64,000 bases of DNA from Candidatus Hermodarchaeota archaeon (GCA_048885525.1 JBHLLP010000002.1:75114-139113), one strand, 5' to 3'; positions 10,137-20,695 are shown, counted from the first letter of the stretch. Made by a program: numbers and translations. Notes: a model not told the origin generated them from the letters alone.

Positions 10137-12434
10137 TTACACGTTTAATTTTTCGGTTAAGTCAATCTCAGTTAAATTATCTAATAAATACATATTTAAA
10201 AGTGATAATAACCATGCTAAAGTTGATTCTGCTCCTTGATTTAGGTTAGGACCTGTTGGTGTTAATGAATCATAACATCCCCCTGTTTTATAATTATATA
10301 GTGAAGTATTTAAATCATTTCGACCTAAAAACCACTCTAGGCAATGACGTGCTTCTATGATCCATTTTTTATCTTGTGTAATTTTAAATGCTTCTATGCA
10401 TGCTTCAATTATACTTTCAGCTTCAAGTGATTGTTGGTCAAATCTCGCTTTTTCTCCGTTTCGAGGATACCAACCAGAATTGCCAATTGGAGTAAACTGT
10501 CCTTTATGATTCTTTTGAATTTTCACTAACCATTCTAATAATCTTAATCCTGCTTCAACCATTTCTCCTCGTTGTAACCATTGTCCAGACATTAGTAGAG
10601 CTTGTGGAATTTTTCCATTATCATAAGTTAAAGTGTCCTCTATCCATGGCCATTTATCACTAGCATTCGAACAATATAACTCAAATAAAGAGTTAGCTAT
10701 TTTTTCTCGATATCTTCTTATTTTGCTATCTCCTCCAAATCTAGCTAAGTAAGCATGAATTCCTATTAAACCTAAAGCTAATGCTCTAGGGGATTTAAAT
10801 TCTGATAAAACCGATACAGCTTTATCAAAGATTATTAAAGCTTGATCCCCGAATTCTTTTGATTTTGAAAAAGCTACTGTAATCCCTAAACTCCAAACAG
10901 CACGCCCATGACTATCTTCAGATCCTTTATCTTCAAGCCATTTACGATCATATCCTAAAAAGTTACGAAATCGACCATTTTCCTCATTAAAGGCGTGCAA
11001 TAAAAAACTAAAGTATTTACTATCAAGATTCCTTAGTAGATTATCTTCAATTAATAAGTTTTGAGCTAAAATTACTACTATTAACGCCCTAGCATTATCA
11101 TCTGTGCAATAACCATGCACTCGATTAGGTATTATAAAATTAGCATGCTGTAAAATACCAACATCATCAGTTAACCGATCTAGATGATCAAATTTTAGCT
11201 GAGGTAGATCGAATGGAGATGATCGTAATGATTTTATCCTTAAAATGGATTTTGGCTCTGATAGTCTTTTTTCAACAACTTCTGCAAATATCTTTATATA
11301 ATTTCTAGCAACTTCTTTCCAAACCATATCTCTAGAATATAAATAGGCTTTTTTACGCATAAGATGTCTCTCAGTTTCGTTATTTAATAGATTAATAATT
11401 TGATCTGCAATACTTTCCGGATCTTGAAAAGGTACTATTATTCCTTTCCCATCATCTAAAATTTCTTCAGCATACCAATAAGGTGTAGATATTATAGCCT
11501 TACCAGTTCCAAGAGCATAAGCAAGTGTTCCAGAGACGATTTGTTCTTTGTTTATATATGGAGTTACATAAATATCAGCAGCTCCTAAAAATTCGCATAA
11601 TTCCTCTAATTCTACAAACCTATTATAAAAAATTATATGATCTTCTACTCCTAATTCCCTAGCTCTTATTTGAAGAGAATACCGATATGATTCGCCATGT
11701 TCTTTCTTTACATTTGGATGTGTTGCACCAAGAACAATATAAGTCACATTTGGATGTGCTTTAATTATTTTGGGTAAGGCATCTATCATTGTTTCTATCC
11801 CTTTACCAGGATTAATCAAGCCGAAAGTCAAAATAACATCCTTTCCTTCAACTCCAAATTGATCTTTAAAAAAATTAGGGTCTATAAAAGGAACATCTGG
11901 AATTCCATGATGAATTACATTAATTTTATCATCAGAAATCCCATATTCTTCTTTTAAAATACGTTTAGCTTTATGACTCATGACGATTAAACGATCTGAC
12001 AATTTATTTATTGTTTCAACAATCTTTCGTACTTTGGGTGGAGGATTGGGTATAAGAGTATGTAATGTTGATACAATTGGCATATGTATATTACGAAGTA
12101 AGGTTAAGATATAACTTCCATATTCTCCACTATAAATGCCAAATTCATGTTGTAGGCAAACTACATCAACCTTATTAATATTCAAAAATTCTGCAGCCAG
12201 AGAATAATCTTTTAATCTATTAACATTCAATTCAAAACGAACATGATTAGGATAATGATAACCTTCAGGTATATCATTCATTGCTAAAGCCCAACATTTA
12301 CTTTTTGGTAATTCATTTGAAACTGCTTGTAAAAGATCGGCAGTGAAAGTTGCAATACCACATTGACGTGGTATGTAATTACCAATAAAAGCAATATTTC
12401 TCAAATTTTGATGGTATATTCTCTTTACACTCAT
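10137..12434 (-). CDS. GT4 glycosyltransferase fused to a C-terminal (alpha/alpha)6-barrel glycosidase-like domain
   Basis: PRQCGIATF, QHEFGIY, GKGIE, SGTLAYA in the N-half; GILQHA, GYCTDDNAR, SEDSHGR, FDQQ, NQGAESTL in the C-half. Confidence 0.9.
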   Translation of the reverse strand: MSVKRIYHQNLRNIAFIGNYIPRQCGIATFTADLLQAVSNELPKSKCWALAMNDIPEGYHYPNHVRFELNVNRLKDYSLAAEFLNINKVDVVCLQHEFGIYSGEYGSYILTLLRNIHMPIVSTLHTLIPNPPPKVRKIVETINKLSDRLIVMSHKAKRILKEEYGISDDKINVIHHGIPDVPFIDPNFFKDQFGVEGKDVILTFGLINPGKGIETMIDALPKIIKAHPNVTYIVLGATHPNVKKEHGESYRYSLQIRARELGVEDHIIFYNRFVELEELCEFLGAADIYVTPYINKEQIVSGTLAYALGTGKAIISTPYWYAEEILDDGKGIIVPFQDPESIADQIINLLNNETERHLMRKKAYLYSRDMVWKEVARNYIKIFAEVVEKRLSEPKSILRIKSLRSSPFDLPQLKFDHLDRLTDDVGILQHANFIIPNRVHGYCTDDNARALIVVILAQNLLIEDNLLRNLDSKYFSFLLHAFNEENGRFRNFLGYDRKWLEDKGSEDSHGRAVWSLGITVAFSKSKEFGDQALIIFDKAVSVLSEFKSPRALALGLIGIHAYLARFGGDSKIRRYREKIANSLFELYCSNASDKWPWIEDTLTYDNGKIPQALLMSGQWLQRGEMVEAGLRLLEWLVKIQKNHKGQFTPIGNSGWYPRNGEKARFDQQSLEAESIIEACIEAFKITQDKKWIIEARHCLEWFLGRNDLNTSLYNYKTGGCYDSLTPTGPNLNQGAESTLAWLLSLLNMYLLDNLTEIDLTEKLNV

Positions 12435-12517
12435 AAAAATTATTTTATTTTTTACTAAGATTTTTGTTATATTTACTTAAAATATGTTAATTTAAATACA
12501 AATTGAAAAGAAGAGAT

Positions 12518-12958
12518 TTACTTTATAATATCTGTTATAAAACAAGTTTCTACAATTTTAATACCTTCAATTTGAGAAATTTTTCCTTCAATTAATGGAT
12601 TAAACTCTTCAATTGAAGAAATCTCAATTTTTATTAATAGACCACAGTCACCAGATAATCTCCAGATATCTGTTACTTCTTCAATATCTTTTAAATTGTT
12701 TATTATTCTCTTAATTTCTTTAAAATTTAGTTCCAATTTTACGGTTGCATTAATTTTTGGCTGGCTTTCAATATCATATTCAATAGTAAATTTGTCAATT
12801 ATTTCATTTTCTATCATCTTTTTAACACGACGTCTGATAGTCGCTTCTGTTTTTCCTACAACCTCAGCAATTTCACTATAAGATTTTCTACTATCTTCTT
12901 TCAATTCCTCTAAAATAACAAGATCAATTGCATCCAACATTTTATTAATCTCAATCAA
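12518..12958 (-). CDS. Lrp/AsnC family transcriptional regulator (start possibly ATG 12940)
   Basis: LDAIDLVILEELKEDSRKSYSEIA...EATIRRRV HTH and a C-terminal RAM domain (LSGD). Confidence 0.92.
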   Translation of the reverse strand: MIEINKMLDAIDLVILEELKEDSRKSYSEIAEVVGKTEATIRRRVKKMIENEIIDKFTIEYDIESQPKINATVKLELNFKEIKRIINNLKDIEEVTDIWRLSGDCGLLIKIEISSIEEFNPLIEGKISQIEGIKIVETCFITDIIK

Positions 12959-13120
12959 GATAATAACCGATATTATATAAAATTTAGGTTTATGAAAAAG
13001 ACTTTGTATTAAAATGTAGTATTATAAATTATTTTGTTTATTAAATTATCAAAAAGTATCACATCCGAGCATTTAAGGTAATAACTTAAGAAAAGCTAAA
13101 TTTTCCAAATCGAAAAACAT

Positions 13121-13567
13121 TCATTTTAAGATTGGATTTGTAATAAAATTAATAATTTTAGGCAGAGTTTCATGAATAAATTCATTAGAAGGATTACCTA
13201 TCTTTATTCCTTTGCATTTTCTTTCTAAATATATATTATATCGTTTTTTCCTATAAAGATAGAATAATCTTTTATTATTTGACTTTAAAATTAAAAATGG
13301 GAAGATTTTACATATTATAGGTTTTATTTGGTGTATTTTACATTTAGATTTCCCATCTGAAGTTTCTTGAAAAATACAATTTCCACTTATTGTTCGTTTA
13401 AGGAAATATTTTATTGGATATTTATTATAATTAAAAATTTCGCTCCCAAACAATATATAAATTTTCTCATATTCATTTTTTTCTAAAGAGATATCATAAG
13501 AACGACAGCATAGTCCACAGGATACACATTTCCATGATTCTACTTTTCTCCATGATATAAATTTCAT
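13121..13567 (-). CDS. YkgJ-family CxxCxxCC cysteine-cluster protein
   Basis: CVSCGLCC, CIF, CKIHQIKPIICKIFPF. Confidence 0.88.
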   Translation of the reverse strand: MKFISWRKVESWKCVSCGLCCRSYDISLEKNEYEKIYILFGSEIFNYNKYPIKYFLKRTISGNCIFQETSDGKSKCKIHQIKPIICKIFPFLILKSNNKRLFYLYRKKRYNIYLERKCKGIKIGNPSNEFIHETLPKIINFITNPILK

Positions 13568-13613
13568 TTGTCAGCAATTTTGTTTTATTATTTAATCTAT
13601 AATTTTTTTGAAA

Positions 13614-13829
13614 TTATTCAAGTGTTTCTTTTTTCCAATCCTTCATTTTCTCCAAATTCTTGAATTCTTCCCCCGGTGGATGATATATTTCTTTATTGAA
13701 TTTATAGGATTTTATTATTTCTTTCTCTAAAGGTTTGGTTTGACCGCAAGAATTACAAATGAGAACATTATTATCTTTATCTTTAGATGGAAGCATCATT
13801 CCATCACATTTTTCACAAAATTCAACCAT
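13614..13829 (-). CDS. TFS/RpoM (Rpb9-like) N-terminal zinc-ribbon protein lacking the C-terminal ribbon
   Basis: MVEFCEKCDGMMLP...LICNSCG; 71 aa, no QxRxADE. Confidence 0.75.
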   Translation of the reverse strand: MVEFCEKCDGMMLPSKDKDNNVLICNSCGQTKPLEKEIIKSYKFNKEIYHPPGEEFKNLEKMKDWKKETLE

Positions 13830-13869
13830 TTTTTATCAATTGCTATATCTATCTACTTCTATTCAATTT

Positions 13870-14499
13870 TTATAAGAAAGTTAATTCAAACTCTTCTTCA
13901 ATTACTTTTTCGCTGGTAATATTCATATTATTAATCACTTTTATTAGCTTCAAAATTGCTTTTTCTAAAATCTCTTCCTTTTTAACTCCAGTACAAACAT
14001 ACTTGCCTGTTGAAAATAGCAAAAATACCGCACGAGGATTTTTCATATTATAAATCAAACCAGGAAAGACTTCAGGTTCATACATGACATAATCCATTAC
14101 TAAGACAGCTTTATTTAAATCTATAAGAGTGTGCAAATTACCATTTGCAACTATATTTTGAATAGAAATTTTAGGGTCAGATATCTTAATGCCAAACTTT
14201 TTTATTTTTTTTAACAACTTTTTAACTGCAATTTCAGCATCATGGACAAATTCAAGACCTGTAATTACCATTTTACCTGTAGAGAAAATCAAAAATGTAG
14301 CCCTGGGATCATCTTGTCTATAAATTAAGCCAGGGAATCTTTCTGGAAAATATTCAGCATCATATAATTTTCGAGCTATTTTCACCAGATCGAATTTCTC
14401 AGTAATATCTATTTTTGCTGTAGCTACGATATTATTTATTCTATAATCCAAATTGCTTTCATAGTTTTCCTTTTGTTCAGATTTATAAATATCTGTCAC
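13870..14499 (-). CDS. tbp: TATA-box binding protein
   Basis: Two TBP repeats: NIVAT..YFPERFPGLIY..LIFSTGK and NIVAN..YEPEVFPGLIY..LLFSTGK; acidic tail. Confidence 0.97.
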   Translation of the reverse strand: MTDIYKSEQKENYESNLDYRINNIVATAKIDITEKFDLVKIARKLYDAEYFPERFPGLIYRQDDPRATFLIFSTGKMVITGLEFVHDAEIAVKKLLKKIKKFGIKISDPKISIQNIVANGNLHTLIDLNKAVLVMDYVMYEPEVFPGLIYNMKNPRAVFLLFSTGKYVCTGVKKEEILEKAILKLIKVINNMNITSEKVIEEEFELTFL

Positions 14500-14501
14500 T
14501 T

Positions 14502-14762
14502 TTATCCCCTTTTTTCATTTTCGATTAATTTAATAATTTCTTTTTTGTAAAGCTCATGATTACCAGAATGCTTTGCTTTTTTAAACAATCTTTGTAGCTG
14601 TCGTTTAGCAATTGGTCTAAGCTTCTTAAAATTTATTTCTAATTCTTTATCATCAGCAGAGATGTCTTTACTTATTTTTTCTCTTTTGAAATCTAAGTGT
14701 TCTCTATAAATTTTACCTCTATAATGATATTTATCACATTTATTACAATAATATTTATTCAT
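14502..14762 (-). CDS. Small hypothetical protein with a C2H2-like zinc motif
   Basis: YCNKCDKYH...YREH; ends 2 nt before tbp. Confidence 0.65.
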   Translation of the reverse strand: MNKYYCNKCDKYHYRGKIYREHLDFKREKISKDISADDKELEINFKKLRPIAKRQLQRLFKKAKHSGNHELYKKEIIKLIENEKRG

Positions 14763-14876
14763 TTAAACCATTATTTTCTTTAATTTAACTTAATTATTAT
14801 ATCCAAATACTAGAAATTTAATTATTTCATATTCAATTGAATCTAGGAAAGATTAAGGGAAATGGGGATATTATTA

Positions 14877-15143
14877 TCACTTGCTTTCCAAAATGAACAA
14901 CTTACGATCATGAGGTATATAAAAAGTATCGTTTTTCTTTATTATTACTGAATGAAAGTACTCTGCTAAGCCAAGAAAACCGCGTATTATTGCTTCATCT
15001 TGCTCAAAAGTAAATTTTATGATAGATGTCGCATTATTAGATTTAAATTTAACTTTATCTTGGACTCTATTATCTATTAGAGGGAGTTTTAATTCAGTTA
15101 TAAGTTCATATACTTTTTTCATAAAATCTTCTTGTGTTCCCAT
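14877..15143 (-). CDS. Hypothetical protein
   Basis: Protein-like ORF; ATG (MGTQ) preceded by GGTG. Confidence 0.65.
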   Translation of the reverse strand: MGTQEDFMKKVYELITELKLPLIDNRVQDKVKFKSNNATSIIKFTFEQDEAIIRGFLGLAEYFHSVIIKKNDTFYIPHDRKLFILESK

Positions 15144-15713
15144 TTCAACACCATTGAACAATTTAACTACTTTTTATAAATTTCTAATAACAATGCTTGA
15201 TTGTCCCCTAAATATCATTTTAAATTAACCAATTTGATTAAATATCTAAAAAAATCCTTATGAAAAGGTAGAAAATAATTTTTCTTTTATTATAATATCT
15301 TATTTGATATTCAGGTTAATTTAAAAGGACAATTACACTTAAAGGATATCAAATCATTTTTATATCTATTTTATTAAAAAAAATAAGGATATTTAATTTT
15401 TACCATAAAACAAAAGAAATAACTTTATAAATTCCTATTAAGGTTTTAATATCCTTTCCTTTTTGAAACAAATTTTTTATGATTAAGTTTTCTTCATTAA
15501 CTATTCAATTTTTAAATCTCTTTTATATTATTTAATATAAATTTTAGGAATTTTCTTGAAAAAAAGGAATTAGATTAATCTATATTCTCCTTGAAATATC
15601 TTCTATTAAATTAATTAGTTCTCATAAATTTTATTAGAATTTTATGATTTAATTTAAATTGTAAATTCTTTAGTATCAAAAATAAACATTTAATTTATGA
15701 TGAGCCTAGCATA

Positions 15714-17069
15714 ATGAGTATATACGCTGATGATGTCGTAAACTTTACATCTGTATTAAAGATTGCATATAATTTTTTAACTGGGAGAGATTATTTACAA
15801 AAAAAAAAATCAAAAGAAAGTAAGACTCTGGTTTCGGTAGCATCAGGATTTCCTGATTTGGTATTCGCTGCTGATTCGATTCCTGTTTTTCCAATCCGCA
15901 TGGAAAAGTTTAAACTTAACGTATATTTACTTGCTTTAAATTCAGCAACAAGTCTATTTGGTTGGAATCTGACAATGAAATTGTTAGGTATTGCCCGACA
16001 AATAGATTTTCTTAAAATCGTAGATAATGTATTAAATGACGTAATTAATTCAATTAATAATAAGTATAATTTAATGTATGATTTAGCAATAAAAAAAAAT
16101 GTTTCATCAGATTTTTGTTTTGGTATTAAATCTATGTATGGAATGAATGTTTCGGAAGCAAATATATGTGATTGTAGTTTAAATTATACTATTCGATGTA
16201 GTAAATATAATCAATACCTTAAATCGTTAAGAGCAATAATTCCAAATCAAATTTGGATTGAAATTCCTCCAAATGAAAAGATAAATGAAAATAAATCATT
16301 AGAAATTATGGTTGATAACATACAAAAAGGTATTGTAGAATTGGAAAATTTCACCGGAAACATAGTAACGGATAATAGCCTAAATAAACAATTTCGAATA
16401 GGTAATCAAGTAAAGAGATATTATAAAACAATCATTGATGAGATTAGCACCTCAGATTTTTTTCCGTGTAATCCTGCTACTTTTGCAGAAATCTTAGCAT
16501 TATTAACCATCTCTTTTCAAGATTATAATTCCAATGCTCAGAGATATTTGGAAAATATTAGCCATTTAGTAAAAGAAATGAGAGAACGTATAGAAAGAGG
16601 CGTTGGGATGGATGTGTCCAATATGCCAAGAATATTATTATCCCCAATATTTAATGGTTGGGAACCTGAAACTCAAGAAATCATTTATAATTTAGGAGGA
16701 AAAGTAATATACTCAGATTGGGATTTGCTAGGATTATTAGAAGAAATTCCTGTTTCAAAGGATTCTGATCCAATTGAGGAATATGCTCGATTCCTTTTAA
16801 ATTCCTCAAAAAAAGGATTATCATGTCTAAATAATTGCGATACTTTAACCAATTCTTACCAAAAATATATAAAAAAGCTGAAAGTTGATGGTTTTATAAT
16901 TAATCAATTAGCCGATTGTAATATAAATTTTAATTGTTATGACTTTTTGGAAAATAAAATTAGAACTGAACTTAGAATACCTTCAATTGGAATTAATTTT
17001 AGAAAGATAGGAGATAATGTTGAACAAACAAAGTCTAAATTAATAACCTTCATGGAATTATTCAGCTAA
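15714..17069 (+). CDS. 2-hydroxyacyl-CoA dehydratase subunit-like (HgdAB/FldBC family), divergent
   Basis: DFCFGIK, TIRC, LENFTG..TDNSL, PRILLS, PIEEYA, KVDGFI..C, IPSI..KLITFME pattern. Confidence 0.7.
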   Translation: MSIYADDVVNFTSVLKIAYNFLTGRDYLQKKKSKESKTLVSVASGFPDLVFAADSIPVFPIRMEKFKLNVYLLALNSATSLFGWNLTMKLLGIARQIDFLKIVDNVLNDVINSINNKYNLMYDLAIKKNVSSDFCFGIKSMYGMNVSEANICDCSLNYTIRCSKYNQYLKSLRAIIPNQIWIEIPPNEKINENKSLEIMVDNIQKGIVELENFTGNIVTDNSLNKQFRIGNQVKRYYKTIIDEISTSDFFPCNPATFAEILALLTISFQDYNSNAQRYLENISHLVKEMRERIERGVGMDVSNMPRILLSPIFNGWEPETQEIIYNLGGKVIYSDWDLLGLLEEIPVSKDSDPIEEYARFLLNSSKKGLSCLNNCDTLTNSYQKYIKKLKVDGFIINQLADCNINFNCYDFLENKIRTELRIPSIGINFRKIGDNVEQTKSKLITFMELFS

Positions 17070-17086
17070 AGAAAGAAGAAAAACGC

Positions 17087-17689
17087 TTAAGTACCAAAAA
17101 AATCGGAGGGTTTAAGTAAGTGTTGATCTTCCTCTTTCTCCTTTTTTGCTTTTTCATGAGGATCTACCCATTCTGGTTCACTAGTTGCTGTAGTTGGTGC
17201 AGCTCCTCCAGGAGCCTTTAACCCGGATGCTTTTAAACGAATATCCGCCGATATCGCTTCTGGTTGTTGTCCCACCATAACTGATGCTGTTGGTACATAA
17301 TTAATTCCTCCTGCTTTTAAGACTTTTAATTCACTTAACACCTTCTCAAGATTCATTGATTGTACACTTTTATTCATTGTGTCCATTATTTCTTTTAGTG
17401 ATTTAGATGTTTCTCTTAATCCTTTTGGATTAATACCTGTAAGTAAAGAATCTAAATTAGCACTTATATTTTCATTTAATTCTTTTAGAGATTCCAACAC
17501 AGTATTCCAATGTTTATTCATTTGAGATTCAATGGCACTAATCATTTTGATGGTTTCATTCACGAAATTTCAGGAAAACTGAAAAATTTTCATGAAATTG
17601 ACATGTGCCTCATATCTCTCCTCGTCCTTAGCTCGAAGATCTGAAATAAGCATTATAAGCTTCCTTAGAGCTTCTTTTTCTTCACTCAT
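17087..17689 (-). pseudogene. Coiled-coil protein interrupted by an in-frame TGA at codon 40 (17572-17570)
   Basis: ATG 17689 gives MSEEKEALRKLIMLISDLRAKDEERYEAHVNFMKIFQFS*NFVNETIKM..., continuous with track ORF 17087-17563. Confidence 0.7.
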
Positions 17690-17798
17690 TATTTACCAAA
17701 ATATATATTATTTTTTCTAATTATTATAATGATTATAAAGATTTTTATATATATTCCTTTCTAATATTTAATCTAATAATTTTAAAGCGAATATTAAA

Positions 17799-19286
17799 AT
17801 GCCAATTAAACATAAAGAATGGGTTAAAAATCCAAAAATTTTTGAAATTAATACATGGTCATGGCTTCATTTTCTATCAGAGACTTTTAATAATCCGATT
17901 ACTCTAAAGAATGTCCCTAACGAGATTATTCAAAGAGAATTAAGATTTTTCGACGCAGTGTGGCTTATGGGGGTGTGGGAAAGAAGTCCTGCTAGTAAAA
18001 AGATAGCATTTGAGCATCCTGATCTACAAGAAGAATATCATAAAGCTTTAGAAGACTTTAGAGATGATGACGTTATAGGATCACCATATTCAGTATATTA
18101 TTATCATGTTGATAAATATTTTGGTGGTATTGATGGTTTAAAGAAGGTCAGAGAGAGATTTGCTGAACAAGATATCAGATTAATATTGGATTACGTCCCA
18201 AATCATGTATCTATAGATTCATTATGGACATTTGAATCAGGTTTATTCATTGAAGGGACTTTAGATGATTTAATGGCTCATCCATATGAATTTTTCAGTA
18301 TAGGAAAAAAAGTATTTGCTTATGGTCGTGATCCAAATTTTCCTCCTTGGACAGACACAATTCAAATTAACGCTTTCTCAAAAGAGGCTCGTCAAAAGAC
18401 AATTAATACTCTTTTAAGTATTGCTGAACTCTGTGATGGTATTCGCTGTGATATGGCAATGTTAATGACCAATAATATATTTAATAGAACATGGGGTAAA
18501 AGAGCGGGACCTCCTCCAAAACAAGAATTTTGGGAAGAAATCATTACTGCTGTGAAGGAGAAATATCCAAATTTCCTATTTATAGCAGAAGTGTATTGGG
18601 ATATGGAATGGGAACTTCAACAACAAGGATTCGATTTTTGTTATGATAAAAAGTTGTATGAGCGATTAACCCATGAGAATGCAACCCTAATTAGAGATCA
18701 TCTAAAGGCAGAATGGCTTTATCAAAGTAAGCTTATGAGATTTATTGAAAACCATGATGAGTTAAGAGCTGTAGAAAGATTTGGAGAAGAGAAGTCAAAA
18801 GCTGCTGCAATTATAGCATTTACGTTACCAGGAGCAAGATTAATATATGAGGGACAGACTCGTGGTAATAAAGTAAAATTACCAGTTCAACTTGGAAGAA
18901 GACCATTTGAAGAAGATAATAAAAATCTATATAATTTTTATCAAAATTTATTAAAATCAATTCCTGGAAGAGAATTTGGTAATGCTAGCTGGTCTCTATG
19001 TGAATCAAAATCTTTAGAGTCTAACAATTCTTCATTTTCAAATATCATTTCTTATTTATGGTGGATAAATGATAATTATAGACTTATAGTTGTTAATTAT
19101 AGTCCAGTTCCTTCAAAAGCTCATGTAAGAATAAGTCCTTTTCATTTTGATACTCATAAATGGAAATTCATAGACTTACTTAATCAGAAATCCTATACAT
19201 ACAATGGAGAAGATTTGTATAAACATGGTTTATATGTAGAGTTAAATGCATGGAATGGTCATATTTTTAGTATAAAGAAAGATTAG
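17799..19286 (+). CDS. Alpha-amylase family (GH13) glycosidase
   Basis: LDYVPNH, DGIRCDMA, FIAEVYW, FIENHDE. Confidence 0.93.
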   Translation: MPIKHKEWVKNPKIFEINTWSWLHFLSETFNNPITLKNVPNEIIQRELRFFDAVWLMGVWERSPASKKIAFEHPDLQEEYHKALEDFRDDDVIGSPYSVYYYHVDKYFGGIDGLKKVRERFAEQDIRLILDYVPNHVSIDSLWTFESGLFIEGTLDDLMAHPYEFFSIGKKVFAYGRDPNFPPWTDTIQINAFSKEARQKTINTLLSIAELCDGIRCDMAMLMTNNIFNRTWGKRAGPPPKQEFWEEIITAVKEKYPNFLFIAEVYWDMEWELQQQGFDFCYDKKLYERLTHENATLIRDHLKAEWLYQSKLMRFIENHDELRAVERFGEEKSKAAAIIAFTLPGARLIYEGQTRGNKVKLPVQLGRRPFEEDNKNLYNFYQNLLKSIPGREFGNASWSLCESKSLESNNSSFSNIISYLWWINDNYRLIVVNYSPVPSKAHVRISPFHFDTHKWKFIDLLNQKSYTYNGEDLYKHGLYVELNAWNGHIFSIKKD

Positions 19287-19335
19287 TAGGTTTCATCATC
19301 TACTCGTAAGAAGTTTTTAATAATATAATAAACTA

Positions 19336-20634
19336 ATGCTTTATATGAAAACTGTTATCATTGCCGCAGGAGAAGGAAAAAGACTAAGACCAGTAACTTC
19401 TACCCTGCCAAAACCTTTGATTCCAATTGCTGGAAAACCTTTACTAGAGCATACGATATTAGGATTAAAAGATTCTGGAATAACTGAAATTTTGCTTGTT
19501 GTTGGATATAAAGAAAATTTAATTAAGGATTATTTTGGAGATGGAAAAGAGAAATTTGATATAAAAATTCAATATATTACGCAAAAGGAGCAATTGGGAA
19601 CAGCTCATGCTTTTGGATATGGTAAAGATTTCGCGAATAATGAACCTATTTTGTTAATGTATGGTGATTTATTAGTAGAAGCAAAAGTTTATCAAGAAAT
19701 TGTTCAAAAATTTATGGAAAAAGAAGTAGAAGGTATAATATTATTAATGGAAGTAGTAAATCCCGAAGAATTTGGCATTGTTTCTTTAAATCCTCAGGGA
19801 TTTGTAGAAAAAATTATAGAAAAGCCTACGCCAGAGATGAATGCAGGAAATCTAGCAAATGCAGGCGTTTTTATATTTGATTCTAGTATCTTTCAAGCAA
19901 TTGAAAAGACTGAAAAATCAGTTCGAGGTGAATATGAATTTACAGATTCTATGGAAATTCTAATAAACCAATTTAAAGGGAGAATTTTTGGTCATACACT
20001 TAAAGATTATTTCTGGAGTGATATAGGATTACCTTGGCAATTTTTAGATGCGAATAGATATCTTTTAGACAAAGTTGAAAAAAAAATATTGGGGCAGGTT
20101 GAAGAAAATGTTCATATCTCAGGCAAAATATATATTGGTGTGGGAACTACCATTAGATCTGGTTCTTATATTCAAGGTCCTTGTTACATTGGAAATAATA
20201 ATTTAATTGGTCCAAATTCAATAATAGGACCATATACATTCATTGCTAATGATTGTCATATTAGTATTAGTGAAATAGAAAATTCTATTATTCTTTCGAA
20301 TACTTTAATTCCAGACATTAATTATATAGGAGATACTATTATCTGTGAGAATGTAAATCTGGGATCTGGGACTAATGTCAAGAATTTAAGATTTGATGAA
20401 GAGAATGTTAAGGTAACAATTAAAGGTCAATTAGTTGATTCAAGAAGAAAGAAGTTAGGCGCAATTATAGGATCAAATGTAGAAATTGGAACAAATGTTA
20501 TTATATTGCCCGGGAAAATTATTGGGGAAAATTCAAGAATCGGCCCGGATACATTAGTAAGAGAGGATATTCCTCCAAATACTTTTTATTACACTAATCC
20601 AAATAAAGAGATTATTAAGAAGAGTTTAAAATAA
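19336..20634 (+). CDS. glmU: Archaeal bifunctional sugar-1-phosphate nucleotidylyltransferase/acetyltransferase (GlmU type)
   Basis: AAGEGKRLRP..PKPL, QLGTAHA, EKP, RGEYE, C-terminal hexapeptide LbH with NLRFD. Confidence 0.9.
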   Translation: MLYMKTVIIAAGEGKRLRPVTSTLPKPLIPIAGKPLLEHTILGLKDSGITEILLVVGYKENLIKDYFGDGKEKFDIKIQYITQKEQLGTAHAFGYGKDFANNEPILLMYGDLLVEAKVYQEIVQKFMEKEVEGIILLMEVVNPEEFGIVSLNPQGFVEKIIEKPTPEMNAGNLANAGVFIFDSSIFQAIEKTEKSVRGEYEFTDSMEILINQFKGRIFGHTLKDYFWSDIGLPWQFLDANRYLLDKVEKKILGQVEENVHISGKIYIGVGTTIRSGSYIQGPCYIGNNNLIGPNSIIGPYTFIANDCHISISEIENSIILSNTLIPDINYIGDTIICENVNLGSGTNVKNLRFDEENVKVTIKGQLVDSRRKKLGAIIGSNVEIGTNVIILPGKIIGENSRIGPDTLVREDIPPNTFYYTNPNKEIIKKSLK

Positions 20635-20695
20635 TTGTAATATCTACTTGTAAAAGTTTTATTAAGAGTTAGAAATTATTTTTATTAAAAAGAAT

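Noticed and set aside
17570-17572. Selenocysteine reading of the in-frame UGA
   Set aside because: No redox motif context; only 17 nt separate the gene from its convergent neighbour and no SECIS-like hairpin is evident; kept only as a minor alternative
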